DNA of 64,000 nt from Kofleriaceae bacterium (GCA_965215005.1 CBDCCZ010000004.1:128001-192000), one strand, 5' to 3'. Counted from the stretch's first letter, positions 12,067 through 27,424 are shown. Numbers and translations are program-made. Notes: generated from the letters alone by a model not told the origin.

Positions 12067-12589
12067 GTTGATACGATAACTAAACGCCGCTCGCGCTCCT
12101 GACGTTGGAGCTGCGCGTGGCGCTAACGACGCCGTCATAGACAGCGTGCGCTACCTTTGCGGCGCATTCGCCGCGTTTGCTCGCCCAACTCATTCTCACC
12201 ACCACCTGGTTCCTTCGAGCGCGGCGTTCCAATAACACCCCTCGATCGACGGCGTCCACTCCAACCAGGTGGCAAAGTTCGATCGCGTCCAACGCAGCGC
12301 AACGCGGCGACCACGCCGCTTCTGAGCGGGTCGGGGTAGGCGCGCGCGGGCTGGACACGGTCATGTCCCGCTCGCAAAGCAATCGATGTACCAAGCTCGC
12401 TACGTGCGGTAGCGAGCGCTAACCTGCCGATCCTGCGCATGCTCCCGCCCGGCTCAACCGGGCATCCTGGTGCCGCTGGCGGTTTCATTGGCCACTGCGC
12501 GCGGTTCGATCTCGCCAGTGACCGGTCGAGCAGCCACCGGCGAGCGTCACATAGGCAACATTCGGGAGTGGGCGCGCTATGGTCTGCCG

Positions 12590-13015
12590 ATGCGCGCTTT
12601 GGGCTTGGATGTCGGCATGAAGACCATTGGCGTGGCGGTATCAGACGAGCTCGGCCTCGCGGCGCATCCCGTGACGACTCTGGCGCGCCGCGGAACGGCG
12701 GCTGACGTCACGGCGGTGAGCGAGCTCATCAGCGCGCACGCCGCCGGCGCCGTGATCGTGGGATTGCCCCTGGACTTGCACGGTCACGTCGGTCCGAGAG
12801 CGCGCCGGGTGCGGGTATTTGGCGCCGCGCTGGCCGAGCGACTGCCCTCCGACGTCACGTTGGTGGAGTGGGACGAGCGGTTTTCCACGGTAGCGGTCGA
12901 GCGGGTGCTGCTCGAGGCAAATCTCTCTCGTCGGCGGCGCAAGGAGGTCGTTGACAAGCAAGCCGCGGCATTCATCCTCCAGGGGTGGCTCGACGCTCGC
13001 CGGTCGACGCTGTAA
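12590..13015 (+). CDS. ruvX: Holliday junction resolvase-like / pre-16S rRNA nuclease RuvX (YqgF)
   Basis: [27 protein letters not shown] and [11 protein letters not shown] motifs. Confidence 0.95.
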   Translation: MRALGLDVGMKTIGVAVSDELGLAAHPVTTLARRGTAADVTAVSELISAHAAGAVIVGLPLDLHGHVGPRARRVRVFGAALAERLPSDVTLVEWDERFSTVAVERVLLEANLSRRRRKEVVDKQAAAFILQGWLDARRSTL

Positions 13016-13027
13016 CGTCGGTCGACT

Positions 13028-14116
13028 ATGCCCAAGCGGTCGTTCCGCATAGCCCTGGCGATTGTCGTTGGCTCGCTGCTATTCGTTGGCGCCGCCGCGA
13101 TCTACTTCACCCAGCGCGCGCTCAACTATCCCGAGACCCCGCACGCGGGCACCGGCGCAGAAGTTCCGGTCACGATCGAGCGAGGCATGAGCTTCCCGGA
13201 AATTGCTCAGCGCCTGACCGAGAACCAGATCATCGACCGGCCGCGCTGGTTTCGGCTGTACGCGATGCATCGCGGCGTGACGACCAAGATCCGAACCGGT
13301 GATTACGTCCTTGCCGACGACATGAGTCCTCGCGAGGTGCTCGACGAGCTGCTCGAAGGCGTTCAGGACGTGAGCGTGAGCGTGACCATTCCCGAAGGTC
13401 TGCACATGCTCGAGATCTTCGCCATCATCGAAGCAGCGGGTATCGCTTCGGCCGCTGAGCTCGAAGCGCTGGCGCGGGATCGAGCGTTTCTCGACGCGCG
13501 TGGCATCGAGGGCGACAACGTCGATGGTTACTTGTTCCCCGAGACCTATCGGTTTCCCGCGCCGAGTAAGCCCGAGCTGGTGCTCGACACGATGATCAAG
13601 CAGCACCGCATGGTCTGGAGCCAAGTCAAAGAAGCCAATCAGCGCTCCTACGAGCGGCTGCGCGACCAGCTCGGCTGGACCGATCGCGAGTTCTTAGTCA
13701 TGGCGTCCATCGTCGAAAAGGAGGCGGTAGTGGACGAAGAGCGGCCGCGCATCGCGCAGGTATTCATGAACCGCCTCACGATGCCTAGCTTCACGCCACA
13801 TCGCCTCGATACCGATCCGACGATTCGCTATGGCTGCATGGTGCCGGTGCAAAAGAGTGAGGGTTGCAAGATTTGGGATCCCACGCAGCGGTTGCGTCGC
13901 GCGCAGCTCGACGATAAGGACAATCCTTACAACACGTATCAGCACGATGGCTTGCCACCAGGTCCTATCGCCAATCCTGGTGAAGAAGCGATGGCCGCCA
14001 CGCTGAGCCCCGACGGCTCGAAGTACCTCTACTTCGTATCGCGCAACGACGGCACCCACGTTTTCTCGCGCAGCCGCGCCGAGCACGAGCGCGCTGTCGA
14101 TAGCTTTCAACGCTGA
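13028..14116 (+). CDS. mltG: Endolytic transglycosylase MltG
   Basis: [40 protein letters not shown] and YLYFV motifs. Confidence 0.95.
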   Translation: MPKRSFRIALAIVVGSLLFVGAAAIYFTQRALNYPETPHAGTGAEVPVTIERGMSFPEIAQRLTENQIIDRPRWFRLYAMHRGVTTKIRTGDYVLADDMSPREVLDELLEGVQDVSVSVTIPEGLHMLEIFAIIEAAGIASAAELEALARDRAFLDARGIEGDNVDGYLFPETYRFPAPSKPELVLDTMIKQHRMVWSQVKEANQRSYERLRDQLGWTDREFLVMASIVEKEAVVDEERPRIAQVFMNRLTMPSFTPHRLDTDPTIRYGCMVPVQKSEGCKIWDPTQRLRRAQLDDKDNPYNTYQHDGLPPGPIANPGEEAMAATLSPDGSKYLYFVSRNDGTHVFSRSRAEHERAVDSFQR

Positions 14117-14317
14117 GCATTGCCTACCTCACGGCACACGTGCCTGCACAGGCGCGCGCCGCATGGCGTTGCGATCTGTGGCCAGGGTGCTACGCCGTAA
14201 GAGCAAAGGGGGCGGCTAACGGTGCGTTACTTTTACCGCTCCGCGGCGGCGTGGTACCGTTTTACGAGCAGCCCTCACCGCTTCCGTGTTTTCGACTCCA
14301 CACACCGAGGAACGAGC

Positions 14318-16360
<2,043 letters not shown>

Positions 16361-16370
16361 ACCAGCGCTC

Positions 16371-16586
16371 ATGGATCCCAAAGGTGTCGGCCCGGTCACT
16401 ATCGAGCTGAACAACACCGCTGCTCAGCTCCTCGCCAGCCTGTGCGTGGAGCTGGGCACCGATGATGCGGTCGGTGTTTTGTCTCGGGCACTGGGGCTCT
16501 TCGAGATGGCCCAGCGAACGCGGCGTCGCGGCGGCCGGCTCGTGTTCATCAACGAGCGCGGCGAGGAAGCCGACGTGGTCATCTGA
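16371..16586 (+). CDS. Small hypothetical protein, possibly ribbon-helix-helix-like
   Basis: 71 aa; AGGAG upstream; lies inside the operon; VTIEL strand followed by two helices. Confidence 0.6.
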   Translation: MDPKGVGPVTIELNNTAAQLLASLCVELGTDDAVGVLSRALGLFEMAQRTRRRGGRLVFINERGEEADVVI

Positions 16587-16622
16587 TCACTGGCCAACCG
16601 GCGCTATGCGGGGATTTCACAA

Positions 16623-19231
<2,609 letters not shown>

Positions 19232-19271
19232 TCGTGCGGTGGACGTTGAGTCCGGCGCAGCGAGGTGTGCG

Positions 19272-20159
19272 ATGAAGCTCATGGCTTGGGGCCGCTCGGA
19301 TACCGGTCGCAAGCGGGATCACAACGAAGACAACTATCTCGTCGCGGCTGATATCGGCTTGTTTGCGGTGGCCGACGGCATGGGAGGTCATCAGGGCGGT
19401 GATATCGCGAGCAAGTTGGTGCTCGAGGTGTTGCATCGCGAGCTCATGGCCGTGGCAGGTGACTTTGCGGGCGCAGCGGAGCGCCTCGAGCTCGCAGCGC
19501 GCGGCGACGTTGGTCGCATCACGCAAGAGATGAGCACCATGACCGACGCCGAGAGCGAGAGCACCGATACCTCGAGCGGCGACGATGAGGCCACGGCAGG
19601 GGCGCTCGGAGCGCACGTACTGCAGCCGGTGACCGCGGTGCTGCGAGCCGCCGCGCGTTTGGCAGGGCAGACGGTCTTTGATACCGCGCTAGGAGAGCCG
19701 ACGCTGCGTGGAATGGGCACCACGCTCACGGCGATGCTCTACGACGCCGGCCGGATGTATGTCATCCATGCGGGTGATAGCCGTGCCTATCTGTTCCGCG
19801 ATGGCAGCCTCGAGCAGCTCACGAGCGATCATTCATGGGTATCGGAGCAGGTACGCGCCGGAGCGATGACCGAGGAAGAGGCGCGAGAATCCAAGTTTCG
19901 CCACATCATCACCCGCTCGGTTGGGTTTGAGCGCGAGGTCGAGGTCGATGTTCGCGGAGTTGCTGTCGAGCCCGGCGATTGCTTTCTCCTCTGCTCCGAC
20001 GGGATGTCTAACTATCTCGACAACGATGAGCTCGAGCGGCTGCTCGGAACCACGTGGTACCGGCGCACGCCCGCGCAGCTCATCGATCTCGCAAATCAAC
20101 GAGGTGGCGACGACAACATCACGGTCGTGGTGGTGTACGTGGCCAACGAATCGGAATGA
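19272..20159 (+). CDS. PP2C-family Ser/Thr protein phosphatase
   Basis: HNEDN, VADGMGGH, GMGTT, GDSRAY, LCSDGM and GGDDNIT motifs. Confidence 0.95.
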   Translation: MKLMAWGRSDTGRKRDHNEDNYLVAADIGLFAVADGMGGHQGGDIASKLVLEVLHRELMAVAGDFAGAAERLELAARGDVGRITQEMSTMTDAESESTDTSSGDDEATAGALGAHVLQPVTAVLRAAARLAGQTVFDTALGEPTLRGMGTTLTAMLYDAGRMYVIHAGDSRAYLFRDGSLEQLTSDHSWVSEQVRAGAMTEEEARESKFRHIITRSVGFEREVEVDVRGVAVEPGDCFLLCSDGMSNYLDNDELERLLGTTWYRRTPAQLIDLANQRGGDDNITVVVVYVANESE

Positions 20160-20314
20160 GGTTGCTCTTCGGTTTGATCCTGCCGTTGGTGGTGTTTGCC
20201 ATCTACGCACTTGCGGGCACGCGCTGGGCGCTGGTGGCATTGGTGGCCACCTTGACGGCGATGGCGGTGGTAGCGCTTTATGATTGGTGGCGCTGGCGCG
20301 GTCGCCGTGACTAG
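20156..20314 (+). CDS. Small membrane protein (52 aa, two TM helices)
   Basis: ATGA overlap with the PP2C stop; MRLLFGLILPLVVFAIYALAGTRWALVALVATL... Confidence 0.65.
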   Translation: MRLLFGLILPLVVFAIYALAGTRWALVALVATLTAMAVVALYDWWRWRGRRD

Positions 20315-20541
20315 CGGGCGTGGGGCAGCTGCTCGGCGAACCGACGAGAAAGTTATCCTTCGAGGCCAGAAATCTGGCGGCTGTGGTGCAGGGCGTTGCC
20401 GAGGAGCCCAACCCTGGCTTCGTTGATCGCTGCTCCCGGGAGCGCGCATTTGGTGCAGCTGCGTTTGCTGCAGCGATGGGCTTTGGCGTTGTAGAGTTGC
20501 TGTGGTTGCCAAAGGTGCCGAGCCATCGATAGGAGGAGCGG

Positions 20542-21018
20542 ATGCGTAGCAGCAAGCGGAACGACGCCCGAGGGCGGGGCAGGCAGGGGCAGGGGAACGT
20601 CGCTTCAGAGGCTGCCTGCTCGGGCTTTCATTCACGTAATTCCGCGAGTCGCTCGTGGAGACTCGTGCTTCTGTGTTGGTGCCTTGGCGGCATTGCTCTG
20701 TCCGGCTGCGACGATGATTCGAGCGAGCCGCTTCCCGACGCCGGCGGTGATGTTGGCCCCGCCGCCTCGTTCACGATGGACCCGAGCTGCACCGACTCGA
20801 TCACCACCGAGGTCACCTTCACCTCGACCGCCACCGCAGCCGGCGGCGGGCTCTTGTCGTGCGAGTGGACGTTTGCCGGCGGCTCGCCCGGTACTGCCAG
20901 CACCTGCGTGGTTGAAGGAGTGCGCTTCGCCGGCCAAACCCCTTCGCAGGTCAGCCTCACCGTGACCGACGAAGCCGGCAATCGCGACACCGCGTCGATG
21001 GCGATCGGTCCCTGCTGA
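20542..21018 (+). CDS. PKD/Ig-like domain lipoprotein (start uncertain)
   Basis: Lipobox LSGC; PKD-like EWTF...VSLTVTDEAG. Confidence 0.7.
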   Translation: MRSSKRNDARGRGRQGQGNVASEAACSGFHSRNSASRSWRLVLLCWCLGGIALSGCDDDSSEPLPDAGGDVGPAASFTMDPSCTDSITTEVTFTSTATAAGGGLLSCEWTFAGGSPGTASTCVVEGVRFAGQTPSQVSLTVTDEAGNRDTASMAIGPC

Positions 21019-21035
21019 GCCGCCGTCTCGCTGCC

Positions 21036-22202
21036 TCAGCCGCGTGTGATGGGTCGGTAATGCCAGCCATTGAACACGTATCCCCAGAGATTCCACGGCA
21101 CGTCGCGAGGCTGCTTGCGGCCACGCGAATCGATGGCTCGCACCGCAACTTGGGTCGCACCCGCAGCCACCGGTACACGCGCGCGCCATAGCCGCCAGCG
21201 GTACTCGATCGCCGGCGTGAGGAGCTCGGCGCGATGCCAATGGCGGCTGTCGGTGGTTACCTCGACAGCCGCTACGGTGACGCCGCGCTCTCCCGGGGCC
21301 AGGCTCCAGCCGCGCACTTCGATCATGCCGTCTGCGTCCACCGGACTCATGACTCGCAGTGCTGCATTAAGCGGAAGCCGCTGCAGCGACGCCGCGTTCT
21401 CGAGCTCGCTCGGGCGGGTCACGAGCCGATACGCGCGCGTCATGTAATGGTGGTTGGAAGGCGCGGCGCTGACCGTGATGCGACCGAGCCACTTCACGCT
21501 GCGCGCGCCGATGAAGCCAGGAACCACCGCGCGGGCGGGAAAGCCGTGACGCGGCGTGAGCGCGACGCCGTTGAGCTCGTAAGCGACGAGCGCGGGCGCC
21601 GTTGACGGCTCGAGCGCGCGTGACAACGGGATCGAGCCGGCGTAGTCAGTGCGGCTCCCGCCCGCCTCGATGGTGTCTAGGCCGTGCAGGTGTACGTGGC
21701 GCGCTCCAGCCGCGATGCCGGCGCGCGCCAACAGCGCTGCGATCGGCGTGCCCGTCCACTGTGGCGTGCCGATTGCCCCAGGACCCCATTGAGCGCCTTC
21801 TACGGGCCGTTTCGCCGAGTGCTCGCGTCTGCGGAGGCCCGCGCAGGCGAGGGTGGCGATGACGGTATGCGGGGTAAAGTCGTTGACCAGCTCACTGAGT
21901 GAAAGGACCAGCGGTCGGTGCACGAGGCCATCGACAACGAGGCGATAACGGTCGGCCGCGATGGCCGGGGTGTTGCCGTGACTGAGGACGTAGAGGTGCT
22001 CGGTAGGCGTAACCGGCGATTCGAGAAGCGCTGCGAGACACGGCTCGCCGTTGTAGGGATGACGCCAGCGCATGGCTAGAGCCGCGTGGTCGGGCGCGGG
22101 CAACCACTGCGTCGCGCCGCGAGCTGCCGCGCGGGCGGGAAGCGCCAGAAGCCCGGCGGCCGCACCGGCGGAAGCTACGAAGCGGCGCCGCGACAGCATC
22201 AC
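21036..22202 (-). CDS. Tat-exported sulfite oxidase family molybdoenzyme
   Basis: SRRRFV Tat motif, Mo-ligand CAGLRR, HGFPARAVVPGFIGARSVKWL and WNLWGYVFN. Confidence 0.9.
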   Translation of the reverse strand: MMLSRRRFVASAGAAAGLLALPARAAARGATQWLPAPDHAALAMRWRHPYNGEPCLAALLESPVTPTEHLYVLSHGNTPAIAADRYRLVVDGLVHRPLVLSLSELVNDFTPHTVIATLACAGLRRREHSAKRPVEGAQWGPGAIGTPQWTGTPIAALLARAGIAAGARHVHLHGLDTIEAGGSRTDYAGSIPLSRALEPSTAPALVAYELNGVALTPRHGFPARAVVPGFIGARSVKWLGRITVSAAPSNHHYMTRAYRLVTRPSELENAASLQRLPLNAALRVMSPVDADGMIEVRGWSLAPGERGVTVAAVEVTTDSRHWHRAELLTPAIEYRWRLWRARVPVAAGATQVAVRAIDSRGRKQPRDVPWNLWGYVFNGWHYRPITRG

Positions 22203-22384
22203 GTCCCAGCATCAGCAAGAGCCGCGCCCGCGCTTGCCACGGCGCGAGCGGACCAGGCCGTGAGGCAAATCTCGCGGCGAGCTGACCCACTGTGACGCGT
22301 TGGTCTGCCCGCGAATCCCCCGCCATGCGAGAAGCATCGCCGCCGGTAGCGGCAGACCTCTTCCTATTCGCCGTGTTGCGTCAT

Positions 22385-22400
22385 TGGCACCGCCTCTGCA
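22385..22400 (+). promoter_or_regulatory. Putative sigma54 promoter
   Basis: TGGCACCGCCTCTGCA, 60 nt upstream of ATG 22461. Confidence 0.55.
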
Positions 22401-22460
22401 GAGTCGGCGGCTCAGCGAGCGAAGTCTCGCTCGGTGTTACAACTCTTCAAGGAGCGCATC

Positions 22461-22772
22461 ATGCGAGCATTGACATTCATTTTGGCGGGGCTGCTCGCCT
22501 CGGCCACCGCGGCTGGTTGCAAGGATCGAGACGTCGAACACGAAGGCGCACTCGAGAACAATCTCGAACAAGCCGGCACTGACATCGGTCAGGGTGCCGA
22601 AGCAGCCGGACAAGAGCTGCAGCACGATACGCGCGAAGCGGCCCAGGATATCGAGCAAGCGGCAAAAGCGGCTGGCGCGGAAATCAATCAAGAGGCCAAC
22701 GAAATGGGACGCGAGCTCGACCATGCAGGCGACCACGCAGAGGCTGAGTTGGACGAGGAAATGGCCGACTAG
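22461..22772 (+). CDS. Small acidic helical lipoprotein
   Basis: AAGGAG RBS, AAGC lipobox, and ~11-residue amphipathic repeats. Confidence 0.8.
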   Translation: MRALTFILAGLLASATAAGCKDRDVEHEGALENNLEQAGTDIGQGAEAAGQELQHDTREAAQDIEQAAKAAGAEINQEANEMGRELDHAGDHAEAELDEEMAD

Positions 22773-22992
22773 TACGCCGCCGCGGGGCTCGTGACGCAGA
22801 AACCCCCGATGCGGGGCAAGGGCGGCAGATTACTGCTGCTCAGGTGCCCCGTTCGGCGTCTCCCCAAGCAATTGTTGTTTTTCGAGCGGTTCACGACTTC
22901 CGCCGTGAACCGCTCGTACGCCGCCGCGGGGCTCGTGACGCAGAAACCCGCCGCCCCGATGCGGAGCACGGGCGGCAGATCTCTGCTACTCG
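22769..22992 (-). repeat. Same repeat family: copy B (22769-22916, 144-nt unit) plus partial tandem copy C (22913-22992)
   Basis: Closely matches 876-1029; begins at the CTAG that forms the lipoprotein stop codon. Confidence 0.9.
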
Positions 22993-23089
22993 CGCGCCAT
23001 TGTCGCGTTGCTAGCGGGTTGCCGACTTACGCTGGAATCCACTCGCTCGTGACCCTGGCGCGGCTGCTGTAACACCCGCAATGTTTTAT

Positions 23090-23207
23090 TAGCCTCGGGA
23101 CCCTGCCGTGAGCAGAGGCTCGTGTTGCGTGACCGTCCAAGTCTCGTGCGAAACCGTGAGCCGAAGGGCTCCCGTAAGCACGCAGGCAACGCGGGGTCGC
23201 GAGGCTA
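23090..23207 (+). ncRNA. Candidate structured RNA or element between convergent genes
   Basis: 17-bp closing stem TAGCCTCGGGACCCTGC / GCGGGGTCGCGAGGCTA, inner hairpins and a T-rich tail. Confidence 0.35.
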
Positions 23208-23280
23208 GTTGTCTTTGTTTATCCCCTTAACCAATAGCTCGCGTTGAGCGACGGCAAGGCTGCCGCACTACTGGGCCGCA

Positions 23281-25160
23281 CTACTGGTTGGCTCGCAGTG
23301 CGGCGGGGCAGTCCATGGCCGCTTCACCTCGCGCTCGTGCGACGATGCCGACGCGCTCCGCCGAGTCGTCGGCGCCTACCACACCGAGCCGCTCTGCCGG
23401 GAGGCCGCGCTCGACCAGGCGCGCTTTGATCGCTTCCGCGCGCTGCCTGCGAGCCGCTCTTTGCTCCCACGGCAATGAGCCACTCGGTAACCTCGGGATT
23501 GGCGCGCATGAGAAGTGCAGCTTGATCCACGATGACCTCGCCGCCGCGGGCGCAGCCTGCCACCGGCGAAGGCTGGTAGTTGCGCGAACATGAGCTTATC
23601 GCCTTCGAGCGTTACTAGCTGAGCGCCGCCGCTGTCGGGGCAGCCGTCGAAATCGTCGACGCCGTTGATCACCTCCGGCTCGCTGGGACATTGATCTTCA
23701 CCGTCGTCGATGCCATCGCCGTCGTTGTCGAGATCAGGGCAGCCATCTTGGTCTTCGAAGCCATCGATGTCTTCGCGACAGAGACTGCAGCTATCGGCAT
23801 CATCGGCGATGCCGTCGTTGTCGTTGTCGGCATCAGGGCAGCCATCTTCATCCAGAAATCCGTCGACGTCCTCACTGTCCTCTGGGCAGGCATCGACATC
23901 ATCCATCACACCATCGCCGTCTGAATCGCGCGCGCCGGCAGGACAGCCATCATCGGGTGACGGCGGCGCCCCGTCTTCTGCGTTCATGGGGCATCGGTCC
24001 TCCAGATCATTGATGCCGTCGCCGTCGTTATCGGCATCGGGGCAGCCATCGTCGTCCTCGAAGCCATCTAAATCCTCGCGCTCATTGGGGCAGCGATCCG
24101 TGGCGTCGTCGCGCATGTCGCCGTCATTGTCGTCGTCTGGACAGCCGTCGCTATCTTCGAAGCCGTCGCGATCTTCACTCACGAGCGGGCAGCGGTCGTC
24201 GCGATTGCTGATGCCGTCGGCATCGTCATCGGCATAGTCGGGCGACCAGCCGATCGCCACGAATGCCCGAACCGCAGGAGCACCGATGCCGCGCATCACT
24301 CCACCGCCACCGCCGGCAAGCACGCTGAGGTCACTGGTGGCGCGAACACGGACCGCACCGGTAAGCTCCAGAGGGCTCGACGCTTGGTCGAAGGCGGGAA
24401 TCCCGCTGCGCCCAAACAGCTCGCCAATGATGGCGACTCGACGCGTGCCTGCAACGCTAGCAGCAGCCCCATACGTGAGCTGCTGGCCGACGTCGCTCGC
24501 GTAGAGCTCGCGCGGTTTGCGCAGGATGACGCCGGCGTTGACGCCCGCACTAACGATGCCGCGAGACCACTGCGCGGCGAGTCGGCCGCGCAGAGTTGGC
24601 AGGTCGTCGCCAAGAAACTGGCTGCCACCGGCGCCGACGCTAGTCGGCAGCGTGATGCCGCCAATCGCCGCCAGCGCAACGGGACCGGATTGAGCCAGCG
24701 GTGTCTTGGCTTCGAGCCGCAGATCGCCGATGCCGGTGGACTGGATGCCGTCCAGCGCAGGACCGCCGCTGCTCGGCTCGAGTCCTTCGCCCGTGATGGA
24801 GAAAATCACCGGCAATGCGACTCCGAGCTGGAGCCGAGGCGAGAGTCCGTACGCCAGCACGGCCTCTGCGGCCAGCAGCGTCTGCACGACCTCGGTGCGC
24901 TCGCTGGTTAGGTCGTCGTCGCGAACGTTCCAGACGGTGAACGGATGGGTGAGAAACGTGACCAGTAGGTCGGCGCTGAGCGCGCCCGGACCGGTCAACT
25001 CCGCGTTGTCGACGGTGAGGAACGAGCGTTGGCCGAGCGAATACTCAAACAGCTGGACGCCGATAGCTGCATCGAACGGTGGCTCGGCCTGCGCCTGCGC
25101 TGCGTTGGCAACCGTAAGCAGCGCCAAACCTAGAATCAGCTCCCCCCGAAGCATGCGCAT
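23281..25160 (-). CDS. Outer-membrane barrel + thrombospondin type 3 repeats + OmpA-like C-terminus, with two frameshifts near 23550 and 23450
   Basis: Signal peptide, beta-strand region and DxDxDG..D.CP repeats. The C-terminus continues in other frames: GGEVIVDQAALLMRANPEV, then RQRAEAIKARLVERGLPAERL. Confidence 0.85.
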
Positions 25161-25413
25161 GAAGCGAGTGTAGCCCCGTGGGCAGCGGGGTTCCTAGCGT
25201 GGGAAGCCGCTGGATTGCGGCGCAACGGCTGCCCCCGTCCTGGATGACACGCAGTCGCGCGAGTTTCGTACGCAGGCCTGGCGTTGGCCGCGTATTGACG
25301 CTCCGCAGCGTCGATGGTAGTCGTCGAAGGTAAGGCTCGATTGCACGCTGGACGGTCTTTGCGCCGCGCGTGCTGGCTACGCGACCGTTGCACAATACAA
25401 CACCGGGGCTGCC

Positions 25414-26052
25414 ATGCATCACACCGACACGTCTGAGATCCTGCTACGCGGAGTGCGTTCTACGCTCGAGGCATGGGCGCCTAAGCAGGGCGACCATGAA
25501 GTGCTGTATTGGGTGCTTCGGCTGCAACTTGCCGAGACGGGGCTTGCGGATGGTGCGACGGTCGCTGATGTGACCGAGCGAATTCCGGCGCCGGTGCGCA
25601 GCGCTGCGGTTGAGCAATTCCGCGCAGCCACGGAGTACTTCGACGACGTGCGCTACGCGGCGCTCGAGCCGATCACCCAGGTTTGGGGCACGCTCGTCAA
25701 TGCAGCTCGCGTCGCCGCCGATAGCGCTCGTGCCACCGCAGTGCAAAAGCGGGTGTTTGCGGTGCCCGTGGAGACGTTGGTGAGTTTCTTCCGTGCCGCG
25801 CGCGAGCGCATGGAGGTCGCCGATGAGCTGTTCCACGTGTTCAAAGCGATGCCGGCCCCGGAATGTCAGGCACTCGCGGCGTTGCTCAACGTGCACGTCG
25901 ATGCGCGCCTCGACGGCGAGACGCTGTGTCGCCTGGTGCGTCTGCTCGATCACGAGGGTCCGATGAGCGCTGAGGAGCAAGCCGATTTGCAGGCAATCTC
26001 CAACACTCGTCTGGTGCACGCCGCCTTCACGGGACTTCGCGCCAACGCTTAG
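25414..26052 (+). CDS. Hypothetical protein
   Basis: 212-aa ATG ORF, helical, with GC3-rich codons. Confidence 0.7.
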   Translation: MHHTDTSEILLRGVRSTLEAWAPKQGDHEVLYWVLRLQLAETGLADGATVADVTERIPAPVRSAAVEQFRAATEYFDDVRYAALEPITQVWGTLVNAARVAADSARATAVQKRVFAVPVETLVSFFRAARERMEVADELFHVFKAMPAPECQALAALLNVHVDARLDGETLCRLVRLLDHEGPMSAEEQADLQAISNTRLVHAAFTGLRANA

Positions 26053-26090
26053 CTCATCGTCATTCTCGGCGGTGAGAATCCGATGCGAGA

Positions 26091-26132
26091 CCTGAGCGGA
26101 AATTCACCGCCCTTGCCTCGCATCGTAGCGGC
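26091..26132 (+). repeat. Fragment of the same repeat family
   Basis: CCTGAGC..GAAAT..CCGCCCTTGCCTCGCATCG matches the repeat core CCTGAGCAGCAGAAATATGCCGCCCTTGCCCCGCATCG. Confidence 0.6.
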
Positions 26133-26146
26133 CTAAGGATCACGAC

Positions 26147-26974
26147 TCAGTCGTCATCGGGCAAGCGGAAGCGAAACGTCCACACGATCGTCGAGGCAAC
26201 CGGACGATCGCTGGTGTCGATGGCAGGCTCGAAACGGAGTTTTTTTGCGAGCCGGAGCGCGAGCTCGTCGAGTCCATATCCAAGCCGAGTCACCAGCTCA
26301 CGCTCGACTACACGGCCGCGCGCATCGACCAACAGGCGCACGTTGAGGGTCCCTTCGACCTGCCGGCGGCGCGCTTCGGGAGGGTAATCTTTGCCCGCGT
26401 CGAAGAAATCCGTGTCGCCTATGGGAACGGCGCGGCGCTTGAGCGATGCCACGGAAACCGGGCGAGGCGCATCGCTGCTATCGCCTCCGCCTCCGCCGGT
26501 ATTGGTGCCGCTGCCGCCACGACCCACCGCGCGCGTGGTAGGTCGGCCAACAGCCACCGGAGGCCCGCTGCCGGCGACGCCGAGGTCGGGCATCTTGATG
26601 ACCGGAGCCGGTGGCCCCGCGGCCGACGGGGTGCCGGCCGCAGCTTCCGTGGGAGCCTGCGGCGGCGGTGCCGTGGCTACGGGTGGTGTGGGCGCAACGC
26701 GCTTTGGCTCAGGCTCGTCGATCGGCTCGGGTTCAGGCTCGGGCTCGGTAATCGGCTCGGGTTCAGGGTCGGGCTCGATGATTGGCTCAGGTTCGGGGTC
26801 GAGCTCGGGCTCGTCAACCGGCTCGGGCTCGATGAGCTCGAGCTCGATCGGCGGCTCCGGCGGCGGGCGCCGGTCGAGCCACCGGCTCGTCGCATAGAGC
26901 CCTCCTCCGAGCGTCGCGTGTATTGCCAGGGTCAAGAGAGGAGGCACCAGCCGCGACGACCACGAGCGATCCAT
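26147..26974 (-). CDS. tonB: Energy transducer TonB
   Basis: TM helix with His, EP repeats, and [17 protein letters not shown]-terminal domain. Confidence 0.9.
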   Translation of the reverse strand: MDRSWSSRLVPPLLTLAIHATLGGGLYATSRWLDRRPPPEPPIELELIEPEPVDEPELDPEPEPIIEPDPEPEPITEPEPEPEPIDEPEPKRVAPTPPVATAPPPQAPTEAAAGTPSAAGPPAPVIKMPDLGVAGSGPPVAVGRPTTRAVGRGGSGTNTGGGGGDSSDAPRPVSVASLKRRAVPIGDTDFFDAGKDYPPEARRRQVEGTLNVRLLVDARGRVVERELVTRLGYGLDELALRLAKKLRFEPAIDTSDRPVASTIVWTFRFRLPDDD

Positions 26975-26983
26975 CGCTGCACG

Positions 26984-27424
26984 CTACGGCTCCGCCGGCA
27001 GCTCACTGCCGAGCGGATCGCTGGTGATGGCAAACTTGCTAATGCCTGCCTGTTTGACGAAGTCGATGACCCGCATGACCTCGCCGTGAGGGACTGAGGC
27101 ATCGGCGCTAATGATTGCCTTTGCTTCGTCGTCAGCTGCGCGCAGCTCCACCACTCGTGCCTTTGCCGCCTCGTAGGAAGGGTAGGGATCGCCGTTGACA
27201 TAGACCTGCCGGTCGCGGTCGATGGTGACCTGTAAAGTGCTCTTGACCTCATTGCCGCTCGCCGTCTTTGGTTGCTCAACCTCGATACCACGCGCCACGA
27301 TGAGCTGCGCCGTCACCATGAAGATGATGAGCAGCACCAGCACAACGTCGACCAGTGGCGTGACGTTGATATCGCTGATCGCACCGGTCGACTCTTCGTC
27401 TTGATAGAGCGAGCCCCCCGCCAT
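26984..27424 (-). CDS. exbD: ExbD/TolR biopolymer transporter
   Basis: INVTPLVDVVLVLLIIFMVT motif. Confidence 0.92.
   Translation of the reverse strand: MAGGSLYQDEESTGAISDINVTPLVDVVLVLLIIFMVTAQLIVARGIEVEQPKTASGNEVKSTLQVTIDRDRQVYVNGDPYPSYEAAKARVVELRAADDEAKAIISADASVPHGEVMRVIDFVKQAGISKFAITSDPLGSELPAEP

Noticed and set aside
12080..12394. 104-aa minus-strand ORF next to the tandem hairpins
   Set aside because: No recognisable motif or RBS; cannot be supported without a homology search.
22769..22992. CRISPR array
   Set aside because: Units are ~145 nt with no unique spacers, and no cas genes are present in the window.
23090..23207. Known riboswitch, SRP RNA or hammerhead ribozyme
   Set aside because: Diagnostic cores are not recognisable by eye, and the position between convergent genes does not fit a riboswitch.
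26700..26850. Repetitive DNA in tonB (also the PPANK repeats near 47570-47610 and TSP3 repeats at 23630-24240)
   Set aside because: Explained by ordinary low-complexity or domain repeats in the encoded proteins.
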